A DNA stretch of 64,000 bases from an uncultured bacterium (GTDB lineage: Bacteria; Patescibacteriota; Minisyncoccia; Phycocordibacterales; GWA1-40-21), in the NCBI GenBank assembly GCA_903822075.1, contig CAIJNK010000021.1, positions 13,112 to 77,111 on the forward strand, written 5' to 3'. A program made the translations under genes and the position numbers. Below are positions 36,730 to 46,230 of this stretch, piece by piece (within the stretch, counting starts at the first letter, position 1; each line of letters opens with the position of its first letter). The notes beneath the pieces were generated by a model. It was given only the letters and a program-made list of their open reading frames with translations, was not told where the DNA came from and did not search any database.

Positions 36730-37404
36730 TTATTTCTTCGATCCGAGAATCCTCAAGATCGAAATGAAGAGATTGATGATGTCCAGGTAAAGCGAAACCG
36801 AGACGTCCACCGCATTGTCCGCCGTCTGTCCGATGTTATTGGCTCGATACATGTCATAACCAATATAGAGTGAGAAGATCAGCGCCGAAGCATAATCAAT
36901 CCACCCAAAATCGAACTGTGGCACAAAGCACTGCACCAGCCGAACCGTCACCAAGCCAAGAAGAGCAACGAACAACGCCCCGCCCATTTTCGCGAACACG
37001 CTTGGGAACATAGTTCCAGCCGCCCCCATAACACCCGTAACCAGCAGGGTTATCATTGCCGCGTCTCTCACTACATTTGGCGAATAGACATTGGCAATCG
37101 GCGCCAAGAGAAAGCCAAACGGGGCCACCACCATGTTGTACCCGATAAAGGAAATGAAAGCGTTGTCTGACTTGGCCGAGATCAGCACTCCGATGACTGG
37201 TATCACGAGGCCGATCCCCAAGAGCATCCAGATATTTGTCTTCAAATCCATTTTCGCGAAATGGTTTGCCAGGATGACCGTAAGACCAAGGCCCCAGCAA
37301 AGACAAACGCCAATCAGGAAGTAGAACGAACTGGCCGAAATGGTATTCCGCCCCCTTCGCTCAAAGACACCGGTATCCAACATCGAACGGCTATCGTCAC
37401 TCAT
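36730..37404 (-). CDS. Bax inhibitor-1/YccA family membrane protein
   Basis: About 7 TMs, YIGYD, SLYLDIINLFISILRI. Confidence 0.9.
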   Translation of the reverse strand: MSDDSRSMLDTGVFERRGRNTISASSFYFLIGVCLCWGLGLTVILANHFAKMDLKTNIWMLLGIGLVIPVIGVLISAKSDNAFISFIGYNMVVAPFGFLLAPIANVYSPNVVRDAAMITLLVTGVMGAAGTMFPSVFAKMGGALFVALLGLVTVRLVQCFVPQFDFGWIDYASALIFSLYIGYDMYRANNIGQTADNAVDVSVSLYLDIINLFISILRILGSKK

Positions 37405-37591
37405 GCTATCACCCTTCTTTCTTCCTAGAGTTTGCTAGGCCATTTACCAACTATTAAGGTACACCCGCCAAGTAGTGTACACCTTTTTACTGTTTTGTCA
37501 AGAAAAACAGGTAATGTGCATACATACGCACTTGACTATGTTTTACTCTCTGTTACCATAAAAAATAGAGTGTAAATTGAAAGGGGTATGC

Positions 37592-38056
37592 ATGAGAAAA
37601 AACCTGTTTGTAAAAGTGTCTGGTGATCTGTACCAAAAACCAAGCTTCATTAAATACCTGAGAACTGTCACACGTAAATACTTCACTGTCGTTTGCGTTG
37701 GTGGCGGAACTCAGATCAACGAGGCAATAGCTGAGAAAGGCATCGAACCTGGACCGCACGGACCAATGGGCCGTGAGCTGCCAAGTTTCGAACTTCGGCA
37801 AGTAGCGAGAGATGTGTTGGAGAGAAATCAAACTGAACTTCAAAACACCCTCGCCAGCCTTGAGATTAACGCGGTGGTGATCATCCCCGTTCTGGATCTC
37901 GGCTCGGTATTGTGCCATGTGAACGGCGACGAAATGGTCAAGACCGCCTACATCGGCTTTGATCGTCTGGTTGTCATCACGACAAAGGACCGGCTGGAAA
38001 AGAAGGCTCTGGAATTTCGGGGCTTGGACAAGGTTAAGGTGATAGGTTTGAAATGA
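37592..38056 (+). CDS. Short amino-acid-kinase-like protein
   Basis: FVKVSGD, VVCVGGG, HVNGD, LVVIT resemble the NAGK/UMPK N-lobe. Confidence 0.6.
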   Translation: MRKNLFVKVSGDLYQKPSFIKYLRTVTRKYFTVVCVGGGTQINEAIAEKGIEPGPHGPMGRELPSFELRQVARDVLERNQTELQNTLASLEINAVVIIPVLDLGSVLCHVNGDEMVKTAYIGFDRLVVITTKDRLEKKALEFRGLDKVKVIGLK

Positions 38057-38445
38057 AAATCAAGAAGATTCCGCGTTGGGCAAATATTGTGTTTTTCAAA
38101 GGACCGAAAGGTTTTGCTTTGGGTGACACGGTCTATTTGTCCGACCACTATCACAACCAGTTCATAGCTAGCAAGCCTTCACTTGAAACGGAGGCCCTGA
38201 TTGCTCACGAGTCAGAACATTTGGAAAGGCTCCGGAAGTTTGGGCGGTTCAGTCTCGTCAAATACTTTCTGAGTCGAAACTTCCGATTACAGGAGGAAAT
38301 TGCCGCTACCAAAGCAGAGATGGCTGTACTCAAAAAAGGCGGGCAAGTTTTTGATTATGTTGGACGAGCCAGTAGCTGGTCTTCAATCAACTATCTCTTC
38401 ATGGTCAGCTATGAAGAGGCGTATCGGATTCTTGTCGGCCTCTAG
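38053..38445 (+). CDS. Small HExxH zincin-like protein
   Basis: LIAHESEH...EEIAA; ATGA-coupled to the upstream gene. Confidence 0.65.
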   Translation: MKIKKIPRWANIVFFKGPKGFALGDTVYLSDHYHNQFIASKPSLETEALIAHESEHLERLRKFGRFSLVKYFLSRNFRLQEEIAATKAEMAVLKKGGQVFDYVGRASSWSSINYLFMVSYEEAYRILVGL

Positions 38446-38475
38446 ACCCCACTTCGGTGGGGTTTATTTATTTTT
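38446..38475 (+). terminator. Intrinsic terminator
   Basis: accccac-ttcg-gtggggt followed by a T-rich tract. Confidence 0.85.
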
Positions 38476-38490
38476 ATAATTCATCCTCTA

Positions 38491-39195
38491 TTATTCAATC
38501 TTGTCTGACTTCTGAAGATTATGCTTTGCGCATAATAGTTTTACGTTATTTGCAGACAAACTTGTACCACCCTTAGAAAAAGGTAAGTCATGATCAAAAT
38601 GTAAATTATTTGAGTCGCCGCATAAGACACACTTACCCTGATCTCTTTTCCAAACTTCTCTCTTGACCAATGAAGGAATGAGCCTTGTGTGTTCAACTTG
38701 AATATTGGTAGAACGATTTTCTTTTCTATCTGATAGTTTTAGAATATACCTAAATACATTTCTTTTACCGTCATTAACAACCTTGAAATTTACCAGGTCA
38801 AAATAACCTTTCAAGGACCACACTCCGGGAAGAACTTTTTCATATACTTTTACCAATTCAGGCACACCACCATTTTTCACAAACTCCGCAGCAGACTTAA
38901 TAAACAAACCATTTTGGGTTAATCTACCACTTGGCAGTTTATCTGGTTGATCTTCATTCTTAGGATTATGCTCGTACGATTTTTTTAAAACATCATGTCC
39001 TTCATACTCAATTGTTATACCGTCATCATAGACTTTATCAGAATATGGCGCATTCGATCTTTGAGACATCAATATGACTGAATAAGCAGGATTCATCCTA
39101 AAGTTCATCCCTCTTTGCATCGTTTGAGAGTTTTCGGCATCACACATCTCCCTATAACTTAAAATATCGTCCTGAATTTTTAAAAGATTATTCAT
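38491..39195 (-). CDS. HNH endonuclease with SRA/YDG-like N-terminal domain
   Basis: SVILM..PYSD...IEYEG...QN; C-terminal RDQGKCVLC..HFDHDLPFSKGG..N..LLC..HN. Confidence 0.8.
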   Translation of the reverse strand: MNNLLKIQDDILSYREMCDAENSQTMQRGMNFRMNPAYSVILMSQRSNAPYSDKVYDDGITIEYEGHDVLKKSYEHNPKNEDQPDKLPSGRLTQNGLFIKSAAEFVKNGGVPELVKVYEKVLPGVWSLKGYFDLVNFKVVNDGKRNVFRYILKLSDRKENRSTNIQVEHTRLIPSLVKREVWKRDQGKCVLCGDSNNLHFDHDLPFSKGGTSLSANNVKLLCAKHNLQKSDKIE

Positions 39196-39201
39196 CCAAT
39201 T

Positions 39202-41214
39202 TTATTCAATAATTCTCTCCACAACCCCCTGCACGATGCCCTGTATTGTGTCTCCTTCGTTCATAATGATATCTTTGTGATCTGAATTAAACGAACGTGG
39301 CTTAAGAGTAATTCCTTCTTTTGTCCTTAAATATTCCTTAATTGTCACATTCCCATCAACTAGAGCGACAACTCTATCACCATCATGTGCTGTCTCCTTT
39401 TTCCAGCACAAGACTAGGTCACCTTCTTTTATTCCAGCTTTATTCATTGAATCGCCTCTTGCTCTTACAATAAAATAATTCAAATCCCTCCTAATTATTT
39501 TCTTTGGTACCAAAATCTCTTCCTCAATATCCTCTTGCACATCAGTCGGCGAACCACACTGAATTGAGCCCAGTAATGGCACACGAATCATAACCCCAGT
39601 ATATGGTGATATTATTTTTTGTCTTTTACTTATAACTGATTTTGTATCCCGCTGCAAGTTACTTTTAAAATATTTTCTAAGTTTTTCATCTACAACATAA
39701 ATATATGTACCTCTTATTCCCCTAGTCAATAAAGTCTTATAAATATTAATAATATATCTTTTTAATTCTTCTGGGTCAGTTATACCCCGCCAACCATTCG
39801 CGTCCATATAATTATCAGCATTGATAACTAACTTATTTTCTTTTTCATTGTAGGAAAGTTCCGGTCCTATAATCACGCCTACATAGTTTAAGTCGTAACC
39901 TTGAACAGTATGAATACAACCCACTTCATTGACTGCATTTTTTGAATTAACCCAGTCCTGATTTGTCTCATTCCAGGTCATTTTTAGACCATCAATTTCT
40001 ATATCATGGATATTAGGATTTCTCCTGCTTCTCCATTCCCATGCATAACCCGCTACCATTCTGCATAATCCAAACTCTATATCTTTTTTCTTGATATCGG
40101 AAACCATTTTATGAATGTCATCATATAAATTCAAATCATAACCAGAAAATATAGTATTTTTTATCTCCTTTAGGTCAAACAAATTATCAACAAAGGAAAT
40201 GTACTCTTCGCCAGCAATAACCCTTTGTTGGTTGACTAAATCATATCGTATAGCATTTAAATCATTAAATTTTTTGAAATTTATGTCTGCCGGTCTGACA
40301 CTTTGATTTTTATCATAAAAAAATATCTGGTGCTTTGATGATTTTAATATCCAATCTAATTCAGTCCCTTCATTACCTAATGCGAATTTTCTATTTGTCT
40401 TATCGAATGACTGATAGTTAGTAATATTCCGCCTTTGTTTTAGACGGTGAGCTTCATCTACTATTAAAATATCATACCTTTTCTTAGTCACGTCATTTGG
40501 GCCAATCACCATTGAGGACTTCAAGTCCTTAACCTTTGAGAGCACTCGACGTATTGTTCGTCGTAACGAAGTCATAGGTACCACTAAACCCACCTCAAGA
40601 TTTTTAGTCTCATCTTTCTCTTTTAAAAATTTGACCAAATACACAGCAAGGATAGTTTTGCCTGTCCCAGGTTTTCCATTTATGATATAAGACCCTTCTT
40701 TATCTTTTAGTATATTCTGAAATATATCATCAGCTACAACCATTTGATCTTCCGTTAAGGATTTATAAGGTGAATATTTAAAAAGATCACTGTTTCTTAT
40801 CTGTACAAGATCTTTTTTTACCAACTCCTTCTTTTGCAAATCTTTCCAAATAATTTCAAATTTAGCTTTATACTTTTCCTTATCGTAATAATTATGATTC
40901 CTAAGACCGTCATTACCATTTTGTAAAACAAAAGATCCTTCAGCTGACATATACTGGATTAACCAAGATTCAATATCTAGCGTCGCAGATTTATTATATT
41001 CTTCATCTGTAATTACATGAATATTTTTTAGCCCTTTTCTGTCTGGATTATCCAAATGCTGTTTACTTCTGCTTATAAGGCTCGTGGTCTCACCAATATA
41101 GACCTCCCTGCCGTTTTCAAGCACGTAAACAACTGGCCAATTTTTACCAAATTCATACTGTTTAATTTTTTCAAAATCTACTCTATCAAATTTAAATGTT
41201 TTGATATCAGCCAT
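39202..41214 (-). CDS. GIY-YIG + DUF2075 (Schlafen group 3-like) helicase + S24 (LexA/UmuD) peptidase fusion
   Basis: VVYVL..VYIGET..R; GKPGTGKT; VDEAHRL; HTVQGYDL; LLTRG; VPLLGSIQCG, RGDSM, VTIK. Confidence 0.87.
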   Translation of the reverse strand: MADIKTFKFDRVDFEKIKQYEFGKNWPVVYVLENGREVYIGETTSLISRSKQHLDNPDRKGLKNIHVITDEEYNKSATLDIESWLIQYMSAEGSFVLQNGNDGLRNHNYYDKEKYKAKFEIIWKDLQKKELVKKDLVQIRNSDLFKYSPYKSLTEDQMVVADDIFQNILKDKEGSYIINGKPGTGKTILAVYLVKFLKEKDETKNLEVGLVVPMTSLRRTIRRVLSKVKDLKSSMVIGPNDVTKKRYDILIVDEAHRLKQRRNITNYQSFDKTNRKFALGNEGTELDWILKSSKHQIFFYDKNQSVRPADINFKKFNDLNAIRYDLVNQQRVIAGEEYISFVDNLFDLKEIKNTIFSGYDLNLYDDIHKMVSDIKKKDIEFGLCRMVAGYAWEWRSRRNPNIHDIEIDGLKMTWNETNQDWVNSKNAVNEVGCIHTVQGYDLNYVGVIIGPELSYNEKENKLVINADNYMDANGWRGITDPEELKRYIINIYKTLLTRGIRGTYIYVVDEKLRKYFKSNLQRDTKSVISKRQKIISPYTGVMIRVPLLGSIQCGSPTDVQEDIEEEILVPKKIIRRDLNYFIVRARGDSMNKAGIKEGDLVLCWKKETAHDGDRVVALVDGNVTIKEYLRTKEGITLKPRSFNSDHKDIIMNEGDTIQGIVQGVVERIIE

Positions 41215-41217
41215 TTT

Positions 41218-41565
41218 TTAAAGTTTATTATATTTCGTATGCTTTCCCTTAGCCTTTTCCACAGAATATTTTTCTTCATTTTTCTTCATTTTTTTCTCAA
41301 AAGATTTAATAACATCAATTTTCAAATCGTGACTCATTAATAATATCCAGTACAAAGTATCTGCAAGCTCCTCGCCGATTTCATCCTTATGTTCAATAAC
41401 ATATTTATCCATTTCTTCCTTATTCTTCCACTGAAAATGCTCCATCACCTCCCCAGCTTCCAAGACAAGGGAAATAGCTAAGTCTTTGGGATTATGAAAC
41501 TGCTGCCAATCGCGAGCGTCTCGAAAAGCCACAATTCTTTTGGTCAATTCTGCCAAAGTTTTCAT
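41218..41565 (-). CDS. MazG-like nucleotide pyrophosphohydrolase
   Basis: FRDARDWQQFHNPKDLA..EAGE..EHFQW..EELAD. Confidence 0.92.
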   Translation of the reverse strand: MKTLAELTKRIVAFRDARDWQQFHNPKDLAISLVLEAGEVMEHFQWKNKEEMDKYVIEHKDEIGEELADTLYWILLMSHDLKIDVIKSFEKKMKKNEEKYSVEKAKGKHTKYNKL

Positions 41566-41645
41566 AGAATAAATGGTAGCACAAAACACCCCTCAAAACC
41601 ACCGTTATTTGAGCCGTCTGAGCGAGTTGCGACTTATGTGCGGAG

Positions 41646-41692
41646 AATAAAAATAGGCGGAAGGTGGATTTTGAAATCCATACCTTCCGCCC
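41646..41692 (-). terminator. Hairpin/terminator related to the one at 2894-2955
   Basis: ggcggaagg/ccttccgcc stem, inner ggattt/aaatcc, U-tract on the minus strand. Confidence 0.7.
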
Positions 41693-41735
41693 GCCTGATT
41701 ACCCCGCTCGCTCGATCACTACCCATCGTTCCTGA

Positions 41736-42518
41736 TTATTCCTTGTACAGGCGATGGTTGTAATATTCCAACCCGAAACGCCCGTCCTTACCCTTGGTGG
41801 GATCACCTTTGTAGGCCGTGACGCCGCAGTTGATGGGCTTGTCATGCTCATCAACTCCGATAAAATCATCCGCGTCCCACCGCTCCAGATTGGCCCTGAT
41901 GCCCAAGATGTTCAGATGATGCGTAACCGCCAGAATCCGTTGCTCGGCAAAATCCCGAACTACGGTGTTCATCCACGAACGATTCCGCTCCCGGACGTCC
42001 GGCACGCTTTCACCCTGCGGATACCGATACCAGTACCGGCCTTCAAGCTGGTACAGCTTGCCTTGCTCCGGGTGAATGGCGTGGAAAACGCGCCAATCAT
42101 TGTAAAGCAAAGCCAGACCATGTTCCTGTTCCCGAATTCGTTCGTCTTCAATCACCCGAACGTGCTCGAGCCCCGGCCAACCCCGAATCAAGCCGGCCAA
42201 AGTATTCCGCGTTCGCTCGTACGGCGACACGAAGATGATGTGCGGAAGAGCATCACCATACCGGTCCCAGAGTGCAGCGCCCACTTCCCTGGCTCGCTTA
42301 GCTTCCAGATCCCGCAACGGCGTTTTGGCATCACCCACGCCAAGTGCAAACTGAGCCTGGACCGCTTTAGCCAAAGCTTGCGTCGTTTCAGATTCCGGAT
42401 TCTGTTTGAACTCCGTGAGAAAAGTCTGATAAAGCTTACTTTTGGCTTTCAAGCTTTTCAAAACATTGTAGGCCGACACATCATGTCGGACCAAAAGCAT
42501 CAATTCCGGCCACTTCAT
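41736..42518 (-). CDS. Histidine phosphatase family protein
   Basis: LVRHD, VSPYERT, IREQEHG, GES, AVTH. Confidence 0.88.
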   Translation of the reverse strand: MKWPELMLLVRHDVSAYNVLKSLKAKSKLYQTFLTEFKQNPESETTQALAKAVQAQFALGVGDAKTPLRDLEAKRAREVGAALWDRYGDALPHIIFVSPYERTRNTLAGLIRGWPGLEHVRVIEDERIREQEHGLALLYNDWRVFHAIHPEQGKLYQLEGRYWYRYPQGESVPDVRERNRSWMNTVVRDFAEQRILAVTHHLNILGIRANLERWDADDFIGVDEHDKPINCGVTAYKGDPTKGKDGRFGLEYYNHRLYKE

Positions 42519-42675
42519 GTTACCCCTCTTTTCTTTTTTGCATTTAAGCTGACGTTAAAGGACACTTGACACCTAAAATTATTATACATAAAAATACCTC
42601 TCTGTCAATGTTAGAAGTGTACTCCAACCACCCAATGACATATTCGAGTAATCTTCTATTTCAGCATCTGGGAAA

Positions 42676-43044
42676 TCAAGCTGGAATAAATTTAAGAGAG
42701 ACAGAATTTACGCAGTGACGAACGTTTTTAGGCGTCAATCTTTCATCTAAAAATACGTGGCCCAGATGGGCGCCACAATTCGCACAAGAAATCTCCGTTC
42801 TCAAGCCGTCGGCATCCGGAGTCTTTATTATTGCCCCCGGTATCTCGTCATCAAAACTGGGCCACCCACACTGCGCATCAAACTTATCTTTGGAACGGTA
42901 AAGCGGCGTCTCACATTGTCGACAAACATATACGCCCTCTTTATAAAAATCATCGTACTCGCCGGAAAAGGCAGCTTCGGTGCCCTTGTCAATAATTACC
43001 TTTTTCTCCACTGGCGTAAGTTTTTTCAACTTGATCTTTTTCAT
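42676..43044 (-). CDS. msrB: Peptide-methionine (R)-S-oxide reductase
   Basis: [26 protein letters not shown]. Confidence 0.95.
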   Translation of the reverse strand: MKKIKLKKLTPVEKKVIIDKGTEAAFSGEYDDFYKEGVYVCRQCETPLYRSKDKFDAQCGWPSFDDEIPGAIIKTPDADGLRTEISCANCGAHLGHVFLDERLTPKNVRHCVNSVSLKFIPA

Positions 43045-43144
43045 ACATGTAATCATACCGCTTTAGATTTAATTTGTCATGAATATTGTAGAAATTTTTA
43101 ATAAAGCAACCGGTGTCAGACTGAGCGATATGGATGATTTAATT

Positions 43145-43180
43145 AAAAAAGAAGCCCGCAACCGGTAAGGGTTGCGGGCA
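43145..43180 (-). terminator. Intrinsic terminator
   Basis: gcccgcaacc/ggttgcgggc with an A-tract on the + strand. Confidence 0.8.
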
Positions 43181-43214
43181 CACGACTTTGAAATAACTCC
43201 TCGTTGAAAACAGA

Positions 43215-43748
43215 TCAGAGAATGAAGTTCAGGCCGCTCTTCCGATCAGTGGACTTCATCCAGGCGTCATAAGCACCAGCGATGCAGATATCCGCCACCA
43301 TGCCGGCGATCATCCGGTCGTGCCAAGAGTCCACACCGGAAAAGCCTACGGCCAGCCCTTTACGAAAGACTCCGCCCCAATACGCGGTGTCTCCGGGAAA
43401 CAGAAGATGCGGAAGAATATCCGACCCACCGTCATTGCGTTGGTGCCAAAGCTGTAAGGCTTTGCACCGCGCAATATCACGGAACGGATACTTCCACTTC
43501 GCCACGTCACCAACGCTTACTTCCAAAAGCGTAAACGGGCGAATCGCCAGATTCGGATAAATCTTGTCAACATCGGGTTCATCACCAACATCCATCTCTG
43601 GAGCAAGAATGACCAGGTGACCATCTGATCCATCGACTTTGATTGCAGAATATTCTCCCTGGAACACGAGCGAGAGAACGGCTGATGCTGCACTATTGGC
43701 AAGTGCCTGCGTCAAAAACTTTGGTTTTTCCCATGACATATTACCCAT
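43215..43748 (-). CDS. Hypothetical protein, GlcG/HbpS-like fold possible
   Basis: IARCKA, YWGGV, AVGFSG, DRMIA resemble GlcG/HbpS motifs. Confidence 0.55.
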   Translation of the reverse strand: MGNMSWEKPKFLTQALANSAASAVLSLVFQGEYSAIKVDGSDGHLVILAPEMDVGDEPDVDKIYPNLAIRPFTLLEVSVGDVAKWKYPFRDIARCKALQLWHQRNDGGSDILPHLLFPGDTAYWGGVFRKGLAVGFSGVDSWHDRMIAGMVADICIAGAYDAWMKSTDRKSGLNFIL

Positions 43749-43945
43749 CTCCCTTCAATTTGTTGGAACTTCTTGAGTTGGTCCACCAGCTCTCATTACT
43801 CATATGATAACAAATAAAAACCACTGTGTCAAACAAACCAAGGGTGGTGTATCGAATAGAAAAAGTAAGTCAGTTTACAAAATTTAAAAACATGTTACTA
43901 TCTAACCAGGTTGCACTTTAACTTTTCTAAAGATCGGAGGATTTT

Positions 43946-45082
43946 ATGTTCAGCTATCCCCTTCTGCGGGAAGTCTTTGAGCTATATGCCGAGGCCGACC
44001 TGGACAATGTTTTGGTGTTGGCCGTTCAGCATTTACTGAATGATCAGCTCTGTGCTTTTGATCTTTTGCTGAAAGCGGGACTCCGGCCGGAGAACTGCCT
44101 CATCGTCGGCAAGAACTATTCGGCAAACGTTGACGTGGTCAAAGCCTTGCGTGAAAAGGGTTGCCTGGTGGCGCCCTTTAGCACGGACTTTGATCCGGAA
44201 CGAGGCTTTGATGGCTGGTTCGAGGAAAAGCTGACAGCTTTTCTCAGGCAGGAACTGGGCCAACGAAACTTGGGTAAATATCGCAAGATAATTATCCTTG
44301 ATGACGGAGGCTTCATGCATCTTGCCATAAACGAACTTTGCGGACATCTGCCAAATATTGTAGGGATCGAGCAAACGTCATCCGGATATCACAAAATCCG
44401 ACAGGCGAATATTCGATTTCCGACACTATCAGTGGCCAGGATATACCACAAACAAGTTTGCGAATCTCCGCTTATTGCCCAAAACGGCTATGAGCGGATT
44501 GCCGAGCATTTGCAGTCACGGAGTAAGTCCACCCCGAACATCTTGGTGTTTGGTTTGGGAGCGATTGGCCGGCAGATAGCCGGACGATTATTCCTAACAC
44601 ACGGACATCAGGGAATGGCCACCGACTGTGACCTTGGTGAGAGAGTACTGGTCCATGGAGTATCACAAATGCTGATAAGCCGCGGATTGATTATTCCTCT
44701 CTCCGAGGCAATGGGCCGGTTGGGACAGTTTGATGTCATAATTGGTACGACCGGTTCAACCGTTCTGACCGAGTGTGATGTCAATCGGCTTCACCCGCGA
44801 GTTTCCTTGATCAGTCTGTCTTCGTCGGATCGTGAATTTCCGGCAACTTTCTTCCGGAAGAAGACAAGTGAAATTCATGATAATTGCTGGAAGGACACAA
44901 GATGTCTGGTCAATGGCGGCTTCCCCATCACTTTTGATGGAACGGCGCAAGCGATGCCTCCAAATCAGATCGAGCTCACGGTCGCTATCATGTTTACCTG
45001 TCTCTTGAACGAGCTCGGCGAGGTGAAATATCCGCTCTCGATAATCGTTAACCGATTGTTTATGATGTGGAAGCCAGATTGA
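43946..45082 (+). CDS. S-adenosylhomocysteine-hydrolase-like NAD-binding protein (divergent)
   Basis: QHL, ILDDGG, EQTSSG, K..CE, GLGAIG Rossmann motif, GTTG, NGGFP; SD ggagg. Confidence 0.7.
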   Translation: MFSYPLLREVFELYAEADLDNVLVLAVQHLLNDQLCAFDLLLKAGLRPENCLIVGKNYSANVDVVKALREKGCLVAPFSTDFDPERGFDGWFEEKLTAFLRQELGQRNLGKYRKIIILDDGGFMHLAINELCGHLPNIVGIEQTSSGYHKIRQANIRFPTLSVARIYHKQVCESPLIAQNGYERIAEHLQSRSKSTPNILVFGLGAIGRQIAGRLFLTHGHQGMATDCDLGERVLVHGVSQMLISRGLIIPLSEAMGRLGQFDVIIGTTGSTVLTECDVNRLHPRVSLISLSSSDREFPATFFRKKTSEIHDNCWKDTRCLVNGGFPITFDGTAQAMPPNQIELTVAIMFTCLLNELGEVKYPLSIIVNRLFMMWKPD

Positions 45083-45109
45083 GAAACTGGTAACATGGAT
45101 TGAACAGTT

Positions 45110-45145
45110 ACGGGTCGTCTTGCAGAAGATGACCCGTTTTTTATT
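45110..45145 (+). terminator. Intrinsic terminator
   Basis: acgggtcgtct/agatgacccgt followed by a T-tract. Confidence 0.8.
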
Positions 45146-45191
45146 GCCAAAAATATAACTTTCTAGTCACCTAATCACAGCAGACGTCTGC

Positions 45192-45220
45192 TTGACAAAA
45201 CACGTTAGATCAGCTATATT
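45192..45220 (+). promoter_or_regulatory. Sigma70-type promoter
   Basis: TTGACA-17 nt-TATATT. Confidence 0.7.
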
Positions 45221-45285
45221 CATTAACAGATTGTGAGTTTTGTTAGTGTTGATAACTGAAGAACAGTTAAAGAAAGGACGGGTGT

Positions 45286-46119
45286 ATGAGTACAGTTACA
45301 GCCAAGAGTATTGAACGTCTGGCCGTCGGCCAAGTTCTGAACAAAGGCATTGACGAGGTCAACCCCAATCTTCTCTTAGCTCTGCAGGAATTCCCTTGGG
45401 AAACCGATCATGATCCGGCTATCGATTCATTGCCGGAAGCGGAGTTGGATTTGGAACTCAACATCCGCTCCTGTCTGGGACGTATTGCCCACGCCGGAGC
45501 GTTTGTTGGCCTTCATTTCCCAATGACCGAGACCTGCTATGCTGAAGTCTTGGTGGATGCGCAAGCTCAGGCAACGCTCGCCAAGGTGCATCATGGCTCC
45601 CCGCGTGACTTGGATGATGTTAAAGAATTGCTTCAGGCGGTTCTGATATACGAGATGCCTCATGCGGTGTTGGTCCTGGACAAGGTTCAATTTGATCCGC
45701 TCTGGACCATCTCTCCGGTGGAAACCAATCACCCCAAGGTGAAAACCTACCCAATCTGGGAAGCAGTGGCCTCGGCAGTGATGGTCTCCAAGGCTTGGCT
45801 GGAGGAAGTTCCGGAAAGGAAGCTCATGCTTCTGGAGGAAGCGGAAAAACTTTGCCCCGGGACGGCGTTGGTAGTTGAGGACAAGATACAGACTCTGGTG
45901 GAGCTCGGACGAACCGAAGAGGTCATTCACCTATTGAAAGATCTTTTGGTCAAGAGACCGACGGCCAAGACGTTGTTTGATCTTTACACTCTAACCAGGG
46001 ACAAGGCGTACCAAGGAAGGCTGGACGAAGAGTACACGCGTCACATGTATTACGTGCTCCTGCAAGATAGGACGGAGCAATACGTAACCAAGTCATTAAG
46101 CGCCAAAAGCGGGAAATGA
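45286..46119 (+). CDS. Hypothetical protein; possible transglutaminase-like domain + TPR-like helices
   Basis: SCLGR, PHAVLV, QFDP (candidate C-H-D triad); helical C-terminus; SD aaagga. Confidence 0.55.
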   Translation: MSTVTAKSIERLAVGQVLNKGIDEVNPNLLLALQEFPWETDHDPAIDSLPEAELDLELNIRSCLGRIAHAGAFVGLHFPMTETCYAEVLVDAQAQATLAKVHHGSPRDLDDVKELLQAVLIYEMPHAVLVLDKVQFDPLWTISPVETNHPKVKTYPIWEAVASAVMVSKAWLEEVPERKLMLLEEAEKLCPGTALVVEDKIQTLVELGRTEEVIHLLKDLLVKRPTAKTLFDLYTLTRDKAYQGRLDEEYTRHMYYVLLQDRTEQYVTKSLSAKSGK

Positions 46120-46124
46120 ACATG

Positions 46125-46204
46125 GACGGGTTGGCACAAGCAAGTGCCCACCTGTCCTTTTTTTTATAAAAAAACCACAGGTAGCATTACGCCCACCTGT
46201 GGTT
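46125..46204. terminator. Back-to-back terminators of convergent genes
   Basis: ggacgggt..gcac/gtgc..acctgtcc + T-tract; A-tract + aaccacaggt/acctgtggtt. Confidence 0.75.
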
Positions 46205-46230
46205 CAAGATGTAAAAAGACACATCATACG

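Noticed and set aside
41754-42569. 271-aa ORF antisense to the histidine phosphatase, and similar shadow ORFs (e.g. 33435-33947, 60607-61212)
   Set aside because: No motifs, and they fully overlap well-supported genes on the opposite strand.
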